DNA of 56,007 nt, filler included, from Squatina squatina (taxonomy: Eukaryota): assembly GCA_031763465.1 (NCBI GenBank). It is 3 parts of 3 records of this genome, joined end to end, with 100 filler letters (N's around TTAATTAATTAA, not from the genome) between each part and the next. Parts side by side here need not be neighbours in the genome. Positions count along the whole stretch, not along the records: positions 34,034 to 56,007 come from JARFOE010000162.1; 2 more parts are not named here. One strand, 5' to 3'. The position numbers were made by a program, and so were the translations under genes. Below the pieces are notes generated by a model. The model made no database searches and had not been told where the DNA came from. It worked only from the letters and a program-made list of their open reading frames with translations. Below are positions 38,644 to 51,507 of this stretch, piece after piece. Position 1 is the stretch's first letter, and every line of letters begins with the position of its first letter.

Positions 38644-38840
38644 TTTGGCTTAGTTGGTAGTACTTATACCAGTCAGAAGGTTGCAGGTACAAGACCTACT
38701 CCAGACCCTGAGCGCAAACCAGGCTCATACTTCAGCGCAGTACTGAGAGAGTGCAGCGCTATTGAAGGTTATGACCTTCAAATAAAACGTTGAACTATCT
38801 GTCTGTTCTAGTGGACATTAAATGGACACACAGCACTAGT
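38644..38840 (+). mobile_element. DeuSINE/SacSINE1-like SINE 5' part
   Basis: tRNA-like head ttggcttagttggtag..agtcagaaggttgcagg..cagtactgagagagtgcagc. Confidence 0.6.
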
Positions 38841-38959
38841 TCTCTCCTCACCCACGTAANNNNNNNNNNNNNNNNNNNNNNNNNNNNNNNNNNNNNNNNN
38901 NNNNNNNNNNNNNNNNNNNNNNNNNNNNNNNNNNNNNNNNNNNNNNNNNNNNNNNNNNN

Positions 38960-39540
38960 CCCTTTGTTAACTCTAGATTTGACTATCCCAATGCACTCGT
39001 GGCTGGCCTCCCACATTCTACTCTACGTAAACTTGAGGTCATCCAAAACTCGGCTGCCCGCGTCCTAACTCACACCAAGTCCCACTCACCCATCACCCCT
39101 GTGCTCACTAACCTACACTGGCTCCCGGTTAAGCAACACCGATTTCAAAATTCTCATCCTGGTTATCAATCCCTCCATGGCCTCGCCCCTCCCAATCTCT
39201 AATCTCCTTCAAACCCCCAACCACCCTCCACCTACCACCTACCCTCGAGATGTCTGCGCTCCTCTAATTCAGCCCTCTTGAGCATCCCTGATTATAATCA
39301 CTCAACTGTTGATGGCCGTGCCTTCTGTTGCCTAGGCCCTAAGCTCTGGAATTCCCTGCCTAAACCTCTCCCACCCCTCTTTCCTCCTTAAAACCTACCT
39401 CGTTGACCAAGCTTTGGTCACCTGCCCTAATTTCTCCTTATGCGGCTCGGTGTCAATTTTTTAAATCTCATAATACTGCTGTGAAGCACCTTGAGACGTT
39501 TCACTATGTTAAAGGCACTATATAAATACAAGTTGTTGTT
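38960..39540 (+). mobile_element. L2-clade LINE 3' end
   Basis: AGLPHSTLRKLEVIQNSAARVLT..HSPITPVLTNLHWLPVK is the L2 ORF2 C-terminus; ends with ...tataaatacaagttgttgtt. Confidence 0.88.
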
Positions 39541-41449
39541 ATCTTATTCTAAGCTCAATTTGAGACTAATTGAAGAAAAAAGAGTTATGTAAATTGGGAA
39601 CTGCTTTAAATCTCCAACACTTTACCTTGGGGAGTGGCCAGGTTATCAATCTAGAAAGAAACTGTAGGAAGTAAAAATTGAATTCTGAAGTGTAATATCT
39701 GAAGTGTAATGGATGGCAATACACACTTGAAAACCATTCACTCCAGAGGTCATATCCTCGATTTAATAGCACAAGACTCTGGAACTAGACACTGACTCCA
39801 TAATTTCTACTGACTGGCAGTTGGAAGCAACAGGAGAACTCTGAATGGCAATTGCACGGAGCTGGGGGGTGGGGTCCTGACCAGTGTGCGAAGATTAGTT
39901 ATACAGGCAACTTGTTCTGCCTAACTGAATGCCATCCAATATTATCATGGCACTTGGTACTGTCATTTTGAATAGCCTGACAAACCTGACCAATGGGTGA
40001 TCTGGTGTGATGATTGTAGGGGGGAGGGACGGGGTGGGGTGAAGGTCCAGCACCCATCTACTATGCAGAAGTGCTCCGTCACAGTTTTGGTTTGTTCTCC
40101 AACTTGGGTGACGCCAGCAAGAGTTGGCCACATGGGAGGATCCTGCCACAGGTGCAAATCCCCAACACTGTAAGGTCTGGACTCAGATCCCTGTTCTTCA
40201 AGCATTCTGGTGAGTTCTAAACCCAGACATATCTTCACTTTCTTCTGAGACAGTGAAGGAGGTCTTGAAGTTACTTCAAATCTCAGTGTGGAAAAGACAA
40301 AAGAATATTTTCATTAACTGAATTTGGACTATCAATGAACTGCACATTTTTTCAAAAAACAAGATTTCAGGCATAGTAAATGATCAGGAGCAAATTGATT
40401 AGCAAGACTTTAGTGAATATACTAGGCAAGTCTATCAAAAAAATTTGAAGTGTAATCTTAAATATTGCAAATTACTTAGAGAACAGTATACAAATCACTT
40501 AGCACAATTGGAATACTCAAGCAAAGGTACCTGCTCTTGTACTCAGAATACTTTATCAACCATTTATCTGGCCACATAACTGTTTCTCCACCGCTTACCA
40601 GTTTTGTCTGCTATTTTGAACATTTTAAATCATTAATGAGTTTTCTGTATTTCTAGAATCTTAGTGGCTGATTATCTAGGCGTTCCAACCATCACACATT
40701 GTAGATGCTATTGCTTTGCATCCAAGAAATTAATCGGTTTGATGCATTGCTTTACGAAAGCAAGTTTGTATCAGTAAATGTGTGTCTTTTGTGCAGTCAC
40801 CATTTTCCGACAGTGTACTACTCGCCACCTAGATCTGCATAGGTCAAATGCTTTATTTCTGCAGTGTATTTCAATAACTTCAGCATTCAAGTGGATGAGT
40901 TAACAACATTAGCAAAACAACGAGCTGGACAGTGGATTCACAGCAACAGTAGCAAGGACAAAAATGCTGCTGACAGCTCATAATTGACTGAAGTGCCTTT
41001 ACACCCAACAATCCAAATAATGGTCTAAAAGTGACTCATACAACCAATGTTATTCTCATGTTTGACCACAATATTACACATATTATGCAGTTGGAACCTT
41101 AAGGGTAATATATGACAAGATCAAAATACATGGTGATGGAACTTTAAAAATGGAGAATCGAATGCTTTTTAGATTTCAGCAGTTAGTAAGCAGTGTTCTC
41201 TCGAGTTTTAGTACTGAAGCTGATGATGTGATCTGGAACACAGCGTATAAAAGTAGTATGTCGTCATTTAAACTGGAAAAAAAAAGCAAACACACTTCCT
41301 TAGGAGGGAAAAAAAACGGACATTTGCTCAATGCAGCCAGAGCATGTTACGTGGAATAGTTAGTTCAATTTGAGGATGTAATTTGACCTCATCCGTTCCT
41401 GGATGACCGAAAAGCATCTCGTACAGCTCGCGAGGAAAAAAAAACCTAC

Positions 41450-41691
41450 CTCTGAGGAACGTCGATGTTTGCCGAAGTGAGGAGGCGTTTCTCTTCTGAC
41501 ACCGAGCCAAGGGGGCGGGTCGCAGGCTCCTTCTCCACCTCGCCAATTTTGTTACATTTGTTTTCCAGATACCGGTCTTCTGGTTTTCTGGCTGTCAGGC
41601 CGCGTGGCTCTGGCGATCTTAAAGGGACATCATTTTTCTCTCGGTCTTGAAGCACTGTAACCGATTCACTGCCTTTGCAGTTCAGAAGCAT
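41450..41691 (-). CDS. SLC2A4RG: ZNF395/ZNF704/SLC2A4RG-family gene, coding exon 2
   Basis: tttttttag|ATG...CAG AG|gtagg; 242 bp. Ends SEEKRLLTSANIDVPQR, matching the family motif (recalled ZNF704 EQKRKVVSSNIDVP, ZNF395 RNIDVPKR). Phase matches exon 1. The paralogue call rests on the adjacent LIME1-like gene. Confidence 0.75.
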
Positions 41692-42250
41692 CTAAAAAAA
41701 AAAATGACCAAAAAAAACCCCCAGAGTTATGAAATTTTCCCCACCGCGGCAAAAGCAAGCCTGATTTGAAAGCGATTTAAAAAAAAACGCGGCAAATCAA
41801 CTTAAAAGTACGCGAGTTTTCCACCGATAACCAAAACCAGTGCCGGCAATGCCTGTTGCAAAGCAAGACTGAACATAACCAAGTGTTCAGATAGTGTGAT
41901 AGGCAAAGTTAGAGAGTTTCACTCCAAGGGACAAACTGTATCTAGACGGGCTTGTTTCGTCCCAAAAACTGCATCATCGCTAATAATTAATAATCATGAA
42001 ACATTCATTTACTTGGCGTTTGGTTTCGCTAAGTGCTAGACATTTAATTATACCGGTTTCCTTGCTCTACTCTCTAAACTTTGGACGTGCACTTCAGGCG
42101 CCATCTTAGTTGCAATGTATTCCAAATATAAAAAGTAATATGTCTGATTGCAACAAAAAAAATCATAAATGAAAGCATGCATCGAGTTTGCAACTGATAG
42201 AAGCCACTTAACCGTTTTTTAAAAATGAACAGAGAATACTTAAAAAATAC

Positions 42251-42482
42251 CTTCTGATTATATCTGGATTTTCCTTTTCCAGATACTTTGACATCGATGC
42301 AGATTATTTCATCTTCTGCATACTCTCTGAGTGAGCCATCATCTAACATGATTGTGTATAAATTACTGCCCGCAGGGTCGTTCTTACAAGCCTGAATCAC
42401 TCCAGAAACTCTGACTTCGCCGGCTGAACTTGGCGCGCAAACCTTTGTGCCTACAACTTTACATTTTTTGGTAAGGCGTTTG
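42251..42482 (-). CDS. SLC2A4RG: ZNF395/ZNF704/SLC2A4RG-family gene, coding exon 1 (start codon probably in the gap)
   Basis: KRLTKKCKVVGTKVCAP...SGVIQACKND...YTIMLDDGSLREY...YNQK|gtattt resembles the family N-terminus (recalled RRLGKRSLLGARV); phase-0 donor at 42250. Confidence 0.75.
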
Positions 42483-43050
42483 NNNNNNNNNNNNNNNNNN
42501 NNNNNNNNNNNNNNNNNNNNNNNNNNNNNNNNNNNNNNNNNNNNNNNNNNNNNNNNNNNNNNNNNNNNNNNNNNNNNNNNNNNNNNNNNNNNNNNNNNNN
42601 NNNNNNNNNNNNNNNNNNNNNNNNNNNNNNNNNNNNNNNNNNNNNNNNNNNNNNNNNNNNNNNNNNNNNNNNNNNNNNNNNNNNNNNNNNNNNNNNNNNN
42701 NNNNNNNNNNNNNNNNNNNNNNNNNNNNNNNNNNNNNNNNNNNNNNNNNNNNNNNNNNNNNNNNNNNNNNNNNNNNNNNNNNNNNNNNNNNNNNNNNNNN
42801 NNNNNNNNNNNNNNNNNNNNNNNNNNNNNNNNNNNNNNNNNNNNNNNNNNNNNNNNNNNNNNNNNNNNNNNNNNNNNNNNNNNNNNNNNNNNNNNNNNNN
42901 NNNNNNNNNNNNNNNNNNNNNNNNNNNNNNNNNNNNNNNNNNNNNNNNNNNNNNNNNNNNNNNNNNNNNNNNNNNNNNNNNNNNNNNNNNNNNNNNNNNN
43001 NNNNNNNNNNNNNNNNNNNNNNNNNNNNNNNNNNNNNNNNNNNNNNNNNN

Positions 43051-43445
43051 TTTTTAAGCCCGTCTCCATGCGATTGGATTAAGAAATTACGCCTTTTCTA
43101 TTTTAGTAGGATGCATTCCTCCCCACACCACCCAGTGATCTCGGATTCTCAGCCTGATCATTAGTTACTCACTTAGTTGGCTTGTCCAGCTGGGAGGTGC
43201 TGCTATTTGGTTTGAGAATCGCTCGTTGAAAGTTGCATGTAATAATCCGGCGCCGATCCCGTGCTGCAGGCAGGAATAAGTGAACGGGGTTCAGGCCGCG
43301 CCGGCCGGTGTCTCCGCCCATCAATCAGACAAGCACGCTGGCAGGGACTTGACACAGCAGTGTTTACAGCACGTAGTGCACGTCGCTACTCACACGGAGA
43401 CCAATAGATCTGCAAGCGGCTGGAGGGGAAAATGGCAGCCGTGTT
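43051..43445 (-). promoter_or_regulatory. CpG-rich promoter region of the SLC2A4RG-like gene
   Basis: Local CpG enrichment (ggccgcgccggccgg, tccgccc GC box), CCAAT boxes near 43073 and 43400, and a YY1-like aaaatggcag near 43430, directly upstream of exon 1. Confidence 0.55.
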
Positions 43446-44554
43446 GAGTCTTGCCCACTTTTCTTAAAATATTAATCTATGAGTTTACAAACTTTGCAAG
43501 ATGAACACAGCCCTTGTAGGTAAACTGACGCCTTTTCCCTTTCTAAGTGGTTTTCTTGGGGAACGAACGAACCTGAAACGGAGAGCTATCAATTCCACTT
43601 TACTGTGTACATGAAACTTAATACGGTTTAAAAGGTGATTGATAAGTGACAGGCGAATAATTTACACTTTGGGACGCACTAACGTGACATCGCGGGCTTA
43701 ATAACGTTCAAAATTTTTATCCATTCTAGTAAGTGTACTGGGTCATATGGGCCTTTTACATAGAATATATTTAGTACCAGGACGAAGCAAAATTTCCCCT
43801 TTACTGGCTTACCCATAAAAACAATAAAATTTCATCTGCCACCACCGGATACTAAATAATTTTTTGCCTCCATTGTAAATTTAATCCTGAGCGATTAGAA
43901 TATATTAAGAGAAGACTGACCTGTTCTTTAAATATTTGCGATCATCCGAACAGGGCAGAGGCCTGTTGATTGTCCCAATCGTCTTTATTCAATTGCACTT
44001 ACGGGGTGGGGCGAGTAATCTGGACAGTCCCATGTGAATGTTGGGAATTTATGCATACATTGGTGCATACTTTTAATCTGCAGCTTTTATTTCTCCTTAC
44101 GGTCCTGATTTGGAACGCTGCACCTCTTTGTGTGATTACAAATTTTAAAACAATGCTGCTACTCTCATTAACTGGGTGATTGTGCATTGAACGTTTCCAA
44201 TAGGGGGTATGNNNNNNNNNNATTCGCAAATTGCTAGGCTAAAGGTAAATGGAGGTCACACCAGTGGTTCGTTGCCCATCAATCACATACCTTGGATGAA
44301 AATAGAAAAAAATAGACCCACACAAATCTCAGTTGTGTACTGCTGCCTCTGCTTCATATTCAGACCGGTTCTACTGACGACTATTGTTTTTTTTGTATGT
44401 GTGGAAAATATGATTTCTCATTAAAACAATCCTTTAATATAATGGGGTTGCAATCAATATCACTTAAAAATGCTAACGGTTTCTGACGATTTAACCTTAC
44501 ATATTGAGAATCTGCAAGTGCTGAGCATTAAAATGTGTTTGAACTGTGTGAAAA

Positions 44555-44773
44555 TGTGTGCCACACCTGGAATACTGTTTACAGTTCTGGTCTCCTTACC
44601 AAAGGAAAGACATAATTGCCTTAGAGGGAATGCAGCGAAGGTTTACTAGACTGGTTCGTGAGTAGACTAGGCCTATATTCCTTAGAGTTTAGAAGAATTA
44701 GAGGTGATCTAATTGAAACATATAAAATTCTTAAGGGGCTTTACAAGGTTAATGCTGGGATAATGTTTCCCCT
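44555..44773 (+). mobile_element. CR1 LINE fragment
   Basis: RLGLYSLEFRRIRGDLIETYKILKGL..VNAGIMFP. Confidence 0.85.
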
Positions 44774-44873
44774 NNNNNNNNNNNNNNNNNNNNNNNNNNN
44801 NNNNNNNNNNNNNNNNNNNNNNNNNNNNNNNNNNNNNNNNNNNNNNNNNNNNNNNNNNNNNNNNNNNNNNNNN

Positions 44874-45642
44874 AGGTCCTGCTGCTGCCTGTTATGTGAT
44901 ATTTTTTGTTGGAAGAGAAAGAGTGGTGTTTGTGAATGACTATATTGACAAGTGTGTTTGTGTCATGTTGATTTCTCACATGGTTGAAGAACAGTGAGAT
45001 TTTCTGTTGTGTGCCTATGAATGATGCAATTGTGTGGGGTGTGTGAATGTCAGTGTATAGTTAGGTGGTGAGTGAAGTGTGTTGAGATTGTCATGCTGGT
45101 GGTGGTGGTGCAGTTATTGAGAAATGTGTTTGTGAGATGGGATCTTACCTTGACCACTCGTTTCAAGTGATTAAATTTCTTGCGGCACTGAAGCCATGTC
45201 CAGGAGCCAGGGCTCCTGGCTGTGATCTCCCGGGTGATCTTCTCCCACATGTACCACATTAGCTGCCTCTGTGGCCTCTTTCCCCCACTGCAGGTAGAGA
45301 CACCCTCCTCCTCTCTACCTCCACACACCAGGACCTCAAATGTTCCATTGGAGAACCTGGGTGCCCTCTCTCTAGGACCTTCAGACATCCTTCCACTCTC
45401 AGCCAGTACACTCCACACCTTCAGTGGAAGTGGGTGAGTGGAGTCTACATATACAGCCCCAGGAAAACTGCATCTAATGAGCGCTTGAGTGCAAAACATA
45501 CCTGCAAGCATGTTCAAATCATAATAATCATCAATTAGCCCAAAGGTTGTGTGCTAAATCTGTACTTTCAAGCGGGCTAGTCTTATTAGCACAGCACACA
45601 TTTAGTGTCTGTTTTCACCCTTTGGCCAAAATAACTCCCCCC
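44874..45642 (-). mobile_element. Harbinger/PIF-type transposon remnant with a Myb/SANT-like DNA-binding exon
   Basis: Minus-strand RERAPRFS...EVLV...WEKITREITARSPGSWTWLQCRKKFNHLKR then a gtaag donor near 45149; fits the Harbinger accessory Myb/SANT-like protein. Element ends are approximate. Confidence 0.7.
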
Positions 45643-46584
45643 TAATATTTTTGAGCACCTCGATCAGACCTCCTCTTAACCTTCTCTATTCTAGTGAAAA
45701 GAGCCCCAGTTTCTCTTGTCCCTGCTTTATATTCCCGCTATTGACTTAATCAATTTCTTCTGTACCATGTTAAATTGCAAATTGAAATGTTCTATCTATA
45801 TACTAACGTCTTGAAGTGGCAGTAACAGTGTAAAGCATGTACAATAACATTGCCTTAAAAGGAAATTTTTACTACAACTAGGTGATAGCTCAAACCCTGA
45901 ATGCTGGAAATCTCAAGCTCCATTCTTCATTTACACTTCAGACAACTTTAGGGCACAATAAACACCAGTGCTATGTCTCTCATGGGAACATTCCCATTTT
46001 GAAAACAGCACATGGAGATGGTGAGGTGCCAGGTTCGTGTGAAAGAACCTCTGGGGCTTTGAAAGCACAGCTTGGTAACATAAGCATTTTCAGGATTGAA
46101 AATGCATCACAGATGTAAATTTGTGCGTCTTGCAACATGAAGGAACTGAGTTAACATACATTGCTGAAATGACACGGACCCATGCATGTCCTAGGATAAA
46201 CAGCTAAAATGTAATTCCTTTGATCCCCTGCTCCTTACACCACACACCATTCCCTGCTTACTTGAGATGGTCGCAANNNNNNNNNNNNNNNNNNNNNNNN
46301 NNNNNNNNNNNNNNNNNNNNNNNNNNNNNNNNNNNNNNNNNNNNNNNNNNNNNNNNNNNNNNNNNNNNNNNNNNNNTGTAATTTACTTTTCAAATTCAAT
46401 CACGTCACATAAGGCGACAGTGATTGTTTCTCTAAAATTGTTGTTAAATGACATCATAGGAGTTATATAATTTTGATTTCTTTTGTTTTTAAACAAAGTA
46501 TCTCAATTTGATCAATAAAAGTACCAGTTGGTTTAAATGCAAACTACAGAATGGACCTTTTTCTCCATCCTTGCAAAAACTCAA

Positions 46585-47043
46585 CTAGAGTCCTGTTACA
46601 TAGACCTCTTTGCCATTGTCTGATGTTAGCACTCGTGTATGTGTACGACTCTGCTGCAGTTCACTGATACTTTCATAATAGTTTTCCATCTGCCTCTCGT
46701 GAGTAACCTTTTGTACTTTGCTATTCCTAATAGCAAAAACAGTTTTCTTCCATTTTACATTAATTGCTTCGTAGCCTGGTTCGGTTTCTTCTTCATTCTG
46801 ACATTTCATTCCCCAGGTCCTTTCATTAACTGAGGCATAACCAGGTTCCTCCCCTGGTATCCGACTGCCTGAGTGCCAGCGTGGACTCTTGATAGACTCG
46901 TATTCTGATTCTTCTTCATTCAGATTCCCTGTTGACCAGGAGTGGTAATTTAAATTGGCTTCTTTTTGGAGTCCTATATTTAGTGGTAATGGTACTTCCT
47001 TTCTGGGAGTTTTTTTTGCCACCTTGGAGTACATTCCTGCAAT
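46585..47043 (-). CDS. LIME1: LIME1/PAG1-family transmembrane adaptor, terminal coding exon
   Basis: cttacag|IAGMYSKVAKK...EYESI...GYASV...GYEAI...ENYYESISELQQ...VYVTGL*. Multiple YxxV/I SH2-binding motifs as in LIME1/PAG1; immediately upstream of the SLC2A4RG-like gene on the same strand. Confidence 0.75.
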   Translation of the reverse strand: MAGMYSKVAKKTPRKEVPLPLNIGLQKEANLNYHSWSTGNLNEEESEYESIKSPRWHSGSRIPGEEPGYASVNERTWGMKCQNEEETEPGYEAINVKWKKTVFAIRNSKVQKVTHERQMENYYESISELQQSRTHTRVLTSDNGKEVYVTGL

Positions 47044-47805
47044 CTGTAAGAAAAAATGGTTACTAAGTAGAGAAGTGAATAGCATAGATTTTGTTAAATG
47101 TAATAACCAAAATATAAAATTGGTGGAATATGAAGTTCATATTTCAGAAGATCTTACGGGAGGTGACTAAAGATACTTTNNNNNNNNNNNNNNNNNNNNN
47201 NNNNNNNNNNNNNNNNNNNNNNNNNNNNNNNNNNNNNNNNNNNNNNNNNNNNNNNNNNNNNNNNNNNNNNNNNNNNNNNAATAGAGGGGAGGTGGATTTG
47301 GCTTCCAATATTTGGCTGACCAAAGAAAATATATATTTTTTTCTTTTCAGTTTATAGTTCCTTTCACTTGAACCTTTTTGAAGACAGGTCAGAGTTTATT
47401 TACAAAAATAGTTCAACCCTGTAGTACCGTTTGTATGGCTGCACAACTGCAAGTAATTATTTCTTCTGTAAAAGTATACTTCCCCTGCCAACTAGACAAG
47501 CCAGACTTGTCAAATACACTTTGCAAACAGCTGTAGTCTAGCAAGAAAAATACACTTCGGCATACTAAACAAATATATAAAATCTCAAGTGAAATCTCAA
47601 GCTGCTGAGGTTGGGATCACTCCTACTTGCACACGCATCCCACATTCACACTCTCATACAACCTATAATTACAGCTCAACACTTGCCATGGAATCTTGCA
47701 TCCCCTGCCCGCCTCCCCAACATGACTCAGATTACCAGGTTTGAGCCATCCCATCTATCAGATTACCCTGTTACACAATGCAGGAGTTGAAGTCCTAAAA
47801 AGAAA

Positions 47806-48072
47806 GGGCGCCCAATTGGATGCTTAGCACTCACCGGAAAAACAGCATTAAACGGCCGTTAGTGATCTAACGCCCGTTGTCGGCGCTAATTGCTGCACTG
47901 CTCAATTGCAGTGGCAGTAGCGCTGCCGCTGAATGGGCGTTGCTCCTGCAGTGTCCAAACCGCAGCATCCGATACTAGATGGCGTCGATGACTTCATCAG
48001 GACGCGCAACGTTGAAAATAGCCCGTTGCCCTGCAATTGCTGTTAAGTTTGTGGCTGCTTAAAATAACGGTG
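47806..48072. mobile_element. GC/CpG-rich repeat, probable non-autonomous DNA transposon (cut by gap)
   Basis: Abrupt CpG-rich block (gggcgcccaattgg...cggccgttag..ctaacgcccg) similar in style to 29784-29940; family not identifiable. Confidence 0.35.
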
Positions 48073-48559
48073 NNNNNNNNNNNNNNNNNNNNNNNNNNNN
48101 NNNNNNNNNNNNNNNNNNNNNNNNNNNNNNNNNNNNNNNNNNNNNNNNNNNNNNNNNNNNNNNNNNNNNNNNNNNNNNNNNNNNNNNNNNNNNNNNNNNN
48201 NNNNNNNNNNNNNNNNNNNNNNNNNNNNNNNNNNNNNNNNNNNNNNNNNNNNNNNNNNNNNNNNNNNNNNNNNNNNNNNNNNNNNNNNNNNNNNNNNNNN
48301 NNNNNNNNNNNNNNNNNNNNNNNNNNNNNNNNNNNNNNNNNNNNNNNNNNNNNNNNNNNNNNNNNNNNNNNNNNNNNNNNNNNNNNNNNNNNNNNNNNNN
48401 NNNNNNNNNNNNNNNNNNNNNNNNNNNNNNNNNNNNNNNNNNNNNNNNNNNNNNNNNNNNNNNNNNNNNNNNNNNNNNNNNNNNNNNNNNNNNNNNNNNN
48501 NNNNNNNNNNNNNNNNNNNNNNNNNNNNNNNNNNNNNNNNNNNNNNNNNNNNNNNNNNN

Positions 48560-48690
48560 GCTTTTGGTCACCTGCCCTAATTTCTCCTTATGTGGCTCGG
48601 TGTCAAATTTCTTATTTCATAATACTCCTGCGAAGCGCTTTGGGACGTTTCACTACATTAACAGTGCTATATAAATACAAGTTGTTGTTG
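48560..48690 (+). mobile_element. L2 LINE 3' tail
   Basis: Near-identical to about 39410-39540 (ttggtcacctgccctaatttctcctta...ataaatacaagttgttgtt). Confidence 0.85.
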
Positions 48691-51507
48691 TTCTGGACTA
48701 CTGGCAACCTGTTGTATTAATAATCTGTTCTATCATCTTTACAATGTGGTAACATACCAATTCATTTCTTGTATTATTGTATCGCTTATTCCAACACACC
48801 AAATCCAAAATCCTTGCCCTCGTTTTACAATTCTCTCCATGGCCTTTCCTGATCTCTGTAACCTCCTCTAGACTGAAGTTTCAGCCCATGCCTGATATTC
48901 CTCTTATTCTGGATTCTTGTGCACCACCCCTCCCAGAGTTCCTTATCTGCTGGCAGTGCTTTCAACTGTCTGGCTCCTACCCTCTGGGAATCCCACCATT
49001 AATGGATGGAAAAAAATCAAGGATAGTGCTCCTGTAATTTCCTGATCTGCATGAGTAGCAGGCAAAGCTCCGTGCTGGCAGCGTGTACTTGGAAAATTGG
49101 CCACTATACATCTAATTAACAAAAATGCTAATAAAGGGAGATCTGCACTGTTATTATGTTCCTTGAGCAGTCTGGAAACTGTTCAGCCTAGTTGACAATA
49201 TTAGCAAATGAGTGCTAGCACGTTCATACAGTATTCTTCTGCCGATTATTTTAGCCGAGGCAATATTAAAGTAAATTGATGAATGCTTCCATTAGAAAGT
49301 TGACAAACGAATATCATACGAGTGTATTACAGGTTCATTCACTAATCTTACAGTTCTAGGCTTCTGTCGATTTTATAATTTTATTTTGAGAAATTGGAGG
49401 CAGCAGTTTGATTGTCATTTTTAAAATTGATCAAAATGTAACAATAGAATGAGATGGTAATCATCCTGTCACTGCTCCCCAACTTCTGCTGCCATCAAAT
49501 TTTCAAAATCACAAAGAATGACGAGCAATTAAATCAAATTGAAAACAGGCAATAAAATATAATTTGCTGCACGCAAACTTTAAAAAGGATTGAAATTAGA
49601 ATATAAAAATTAGGGGTTTTGCTTGGTTGTGCTGTTCAGTTCAGTTCAGTTCAGTTAAGGCAAAATGATCTGCAATGTTTCTTAAAAGTTATTGTCATTT
49701 TTGGGTACATACCTTACAACAGGCATTATCAGCATTTGGCTGTCCTTGGGTTAGATTGGCACATGCAATTCTCTCCTCCCCACATTCTTTCGGTGATTTT
49801 GTTGCTTCACACTCCGTGATAGACTTCGGGCTGCCTTGTAGCCTAGGACTGTGATTCTGGAATGTAAAACAGATTAAAGGGTGCTGCCAACATCTGATGA
49901 CCATTTTAACAAAAAAGGGGTTACGACAAAAGGGGAAAAATTCAATTTATAAACAAGTCTCCTGTTGAAAAACACAAAATCAAAAAAAAGGATAAAATAC
50001 TGATACACCTTAATTTAGAGCTATGTAAGTTGACTTTTATGTTTTGAGGAGATTTTAACTGCCTTGTTTTAACACGGTAGATTCAAAGAGATATTCTAAT
50101 TCTAAAATACAAAAAGCAAAGGTTTCCCACTGGCCATTTCGAAGAACTTATCTTAATTACAACGTGTGTAGTAGACACACAGCCCTGCCTTTGTGGGGTA
50201 ATAAGTGAATGATTCTGTTAGAGCAGATTATGCATTATAGTTTAAAAAAAATCTTGTATTTTTGCCAATAGCAAGGAATGCCTTCTCCGCAAGGTCGTCA
50301 GCACTTGAATGAATTAGCCATCGCCAGNNNNNNNNNNNNNNNNNNNNNNNNNNNNNNNNNNNNNNNNNNNNNNNNNNNNNNNNNNNNNNNNNNNNNNNNN
50401 NNNNNNNNNNNNNNNNNNNNNNNNNNNNNNNNNNNNNNNNNNNNNNNNNNNNNNNNNNNNNNNNNNNNNNNNNNNNNNNNNNNNNNNNNNNNNNNNNNNN
50501 NNNNNNNNNNNNNNNNNNNNNNNNNNNNNNNNNNNNNNNNNNNNNNNNNNNNNNNNNNNNNNNNNNNNNNNNNNNNNNNNNNNNNNNNNNNNNNNNNNNN
50601 NNNNNNNNNNNNNNNNNCTAATAAGTAGTTGCAGTGGAAATGACAAACATAGCCCATGGAGAGTGTGTAGCGAGATGGGGAAAGGAATGCTCTTTGTGTT
50701 TTCCAGACGTTTGATATGCTTCACTAGACCTGATATGTCTATGTTAAGAGTATTACATTAAAACCATGTTGAGAGCAGGGACATAAAGGCTTAGTTGATA
50801 ACTCAATAATACGTTGCTTTTGGTTATTAAATGTCATGGTTCTGAGAGATGAATGTTTCACATACGCCCCATGACCAATGGATGAGATCAAGTATACACT
50901 CTGCGAGTATATATCATGGTAATTAAAGAATTCTGACTGCATCATATGTCTAACAAGCTGAAATAACCAGATACCATAACATTGTTTGGTATCATCATTG
51001 AAAGGATGATTTGGTGTACACTTATAAGCTTTCATTTGGCAAGAATTAATTTTTGTATACATGTGAAGAACTAGAAATGTGTTATTTTTGAGTAAAGAGG
51101 AAGCTTCAAAGGAATATTACAACATTTAAACAGCTTTTATGCCTCATGCAAAAGCTCAGACCACTTNNNNNNNNNNNNNNNNNNNNNNNNNNNNNNNNNN
51201 NNNNNNNNNNNNNNNNNNNNNNNNNNNNNNNNNNNNNNNNNNNNNNNNNNNNNNNNNNNNNNNNNNNNNNNNNNNNNNNNNNNNNNNNNNNNNNNNNNNN
51301 NNNNNNNNNNNNNNNNNNNNNNNNNNNNNNNNNNNNNNNNNNNNNNNNNNNNNNNNNNNNNNNNNNNNNNNNNNNNNNNNNNNNNNNNNNNNNNNNNNNN
51401 NNNNNNNNNNNNNNNNNNNNNNNNNNNNNNNNNNNNNNNNNNNNNNNNNNNNNNNNNNNNNNNNNNNNNNNNNNNNNNNNNNNNNNNNNNNNNNNNNNNN
51501 NNNNNNN

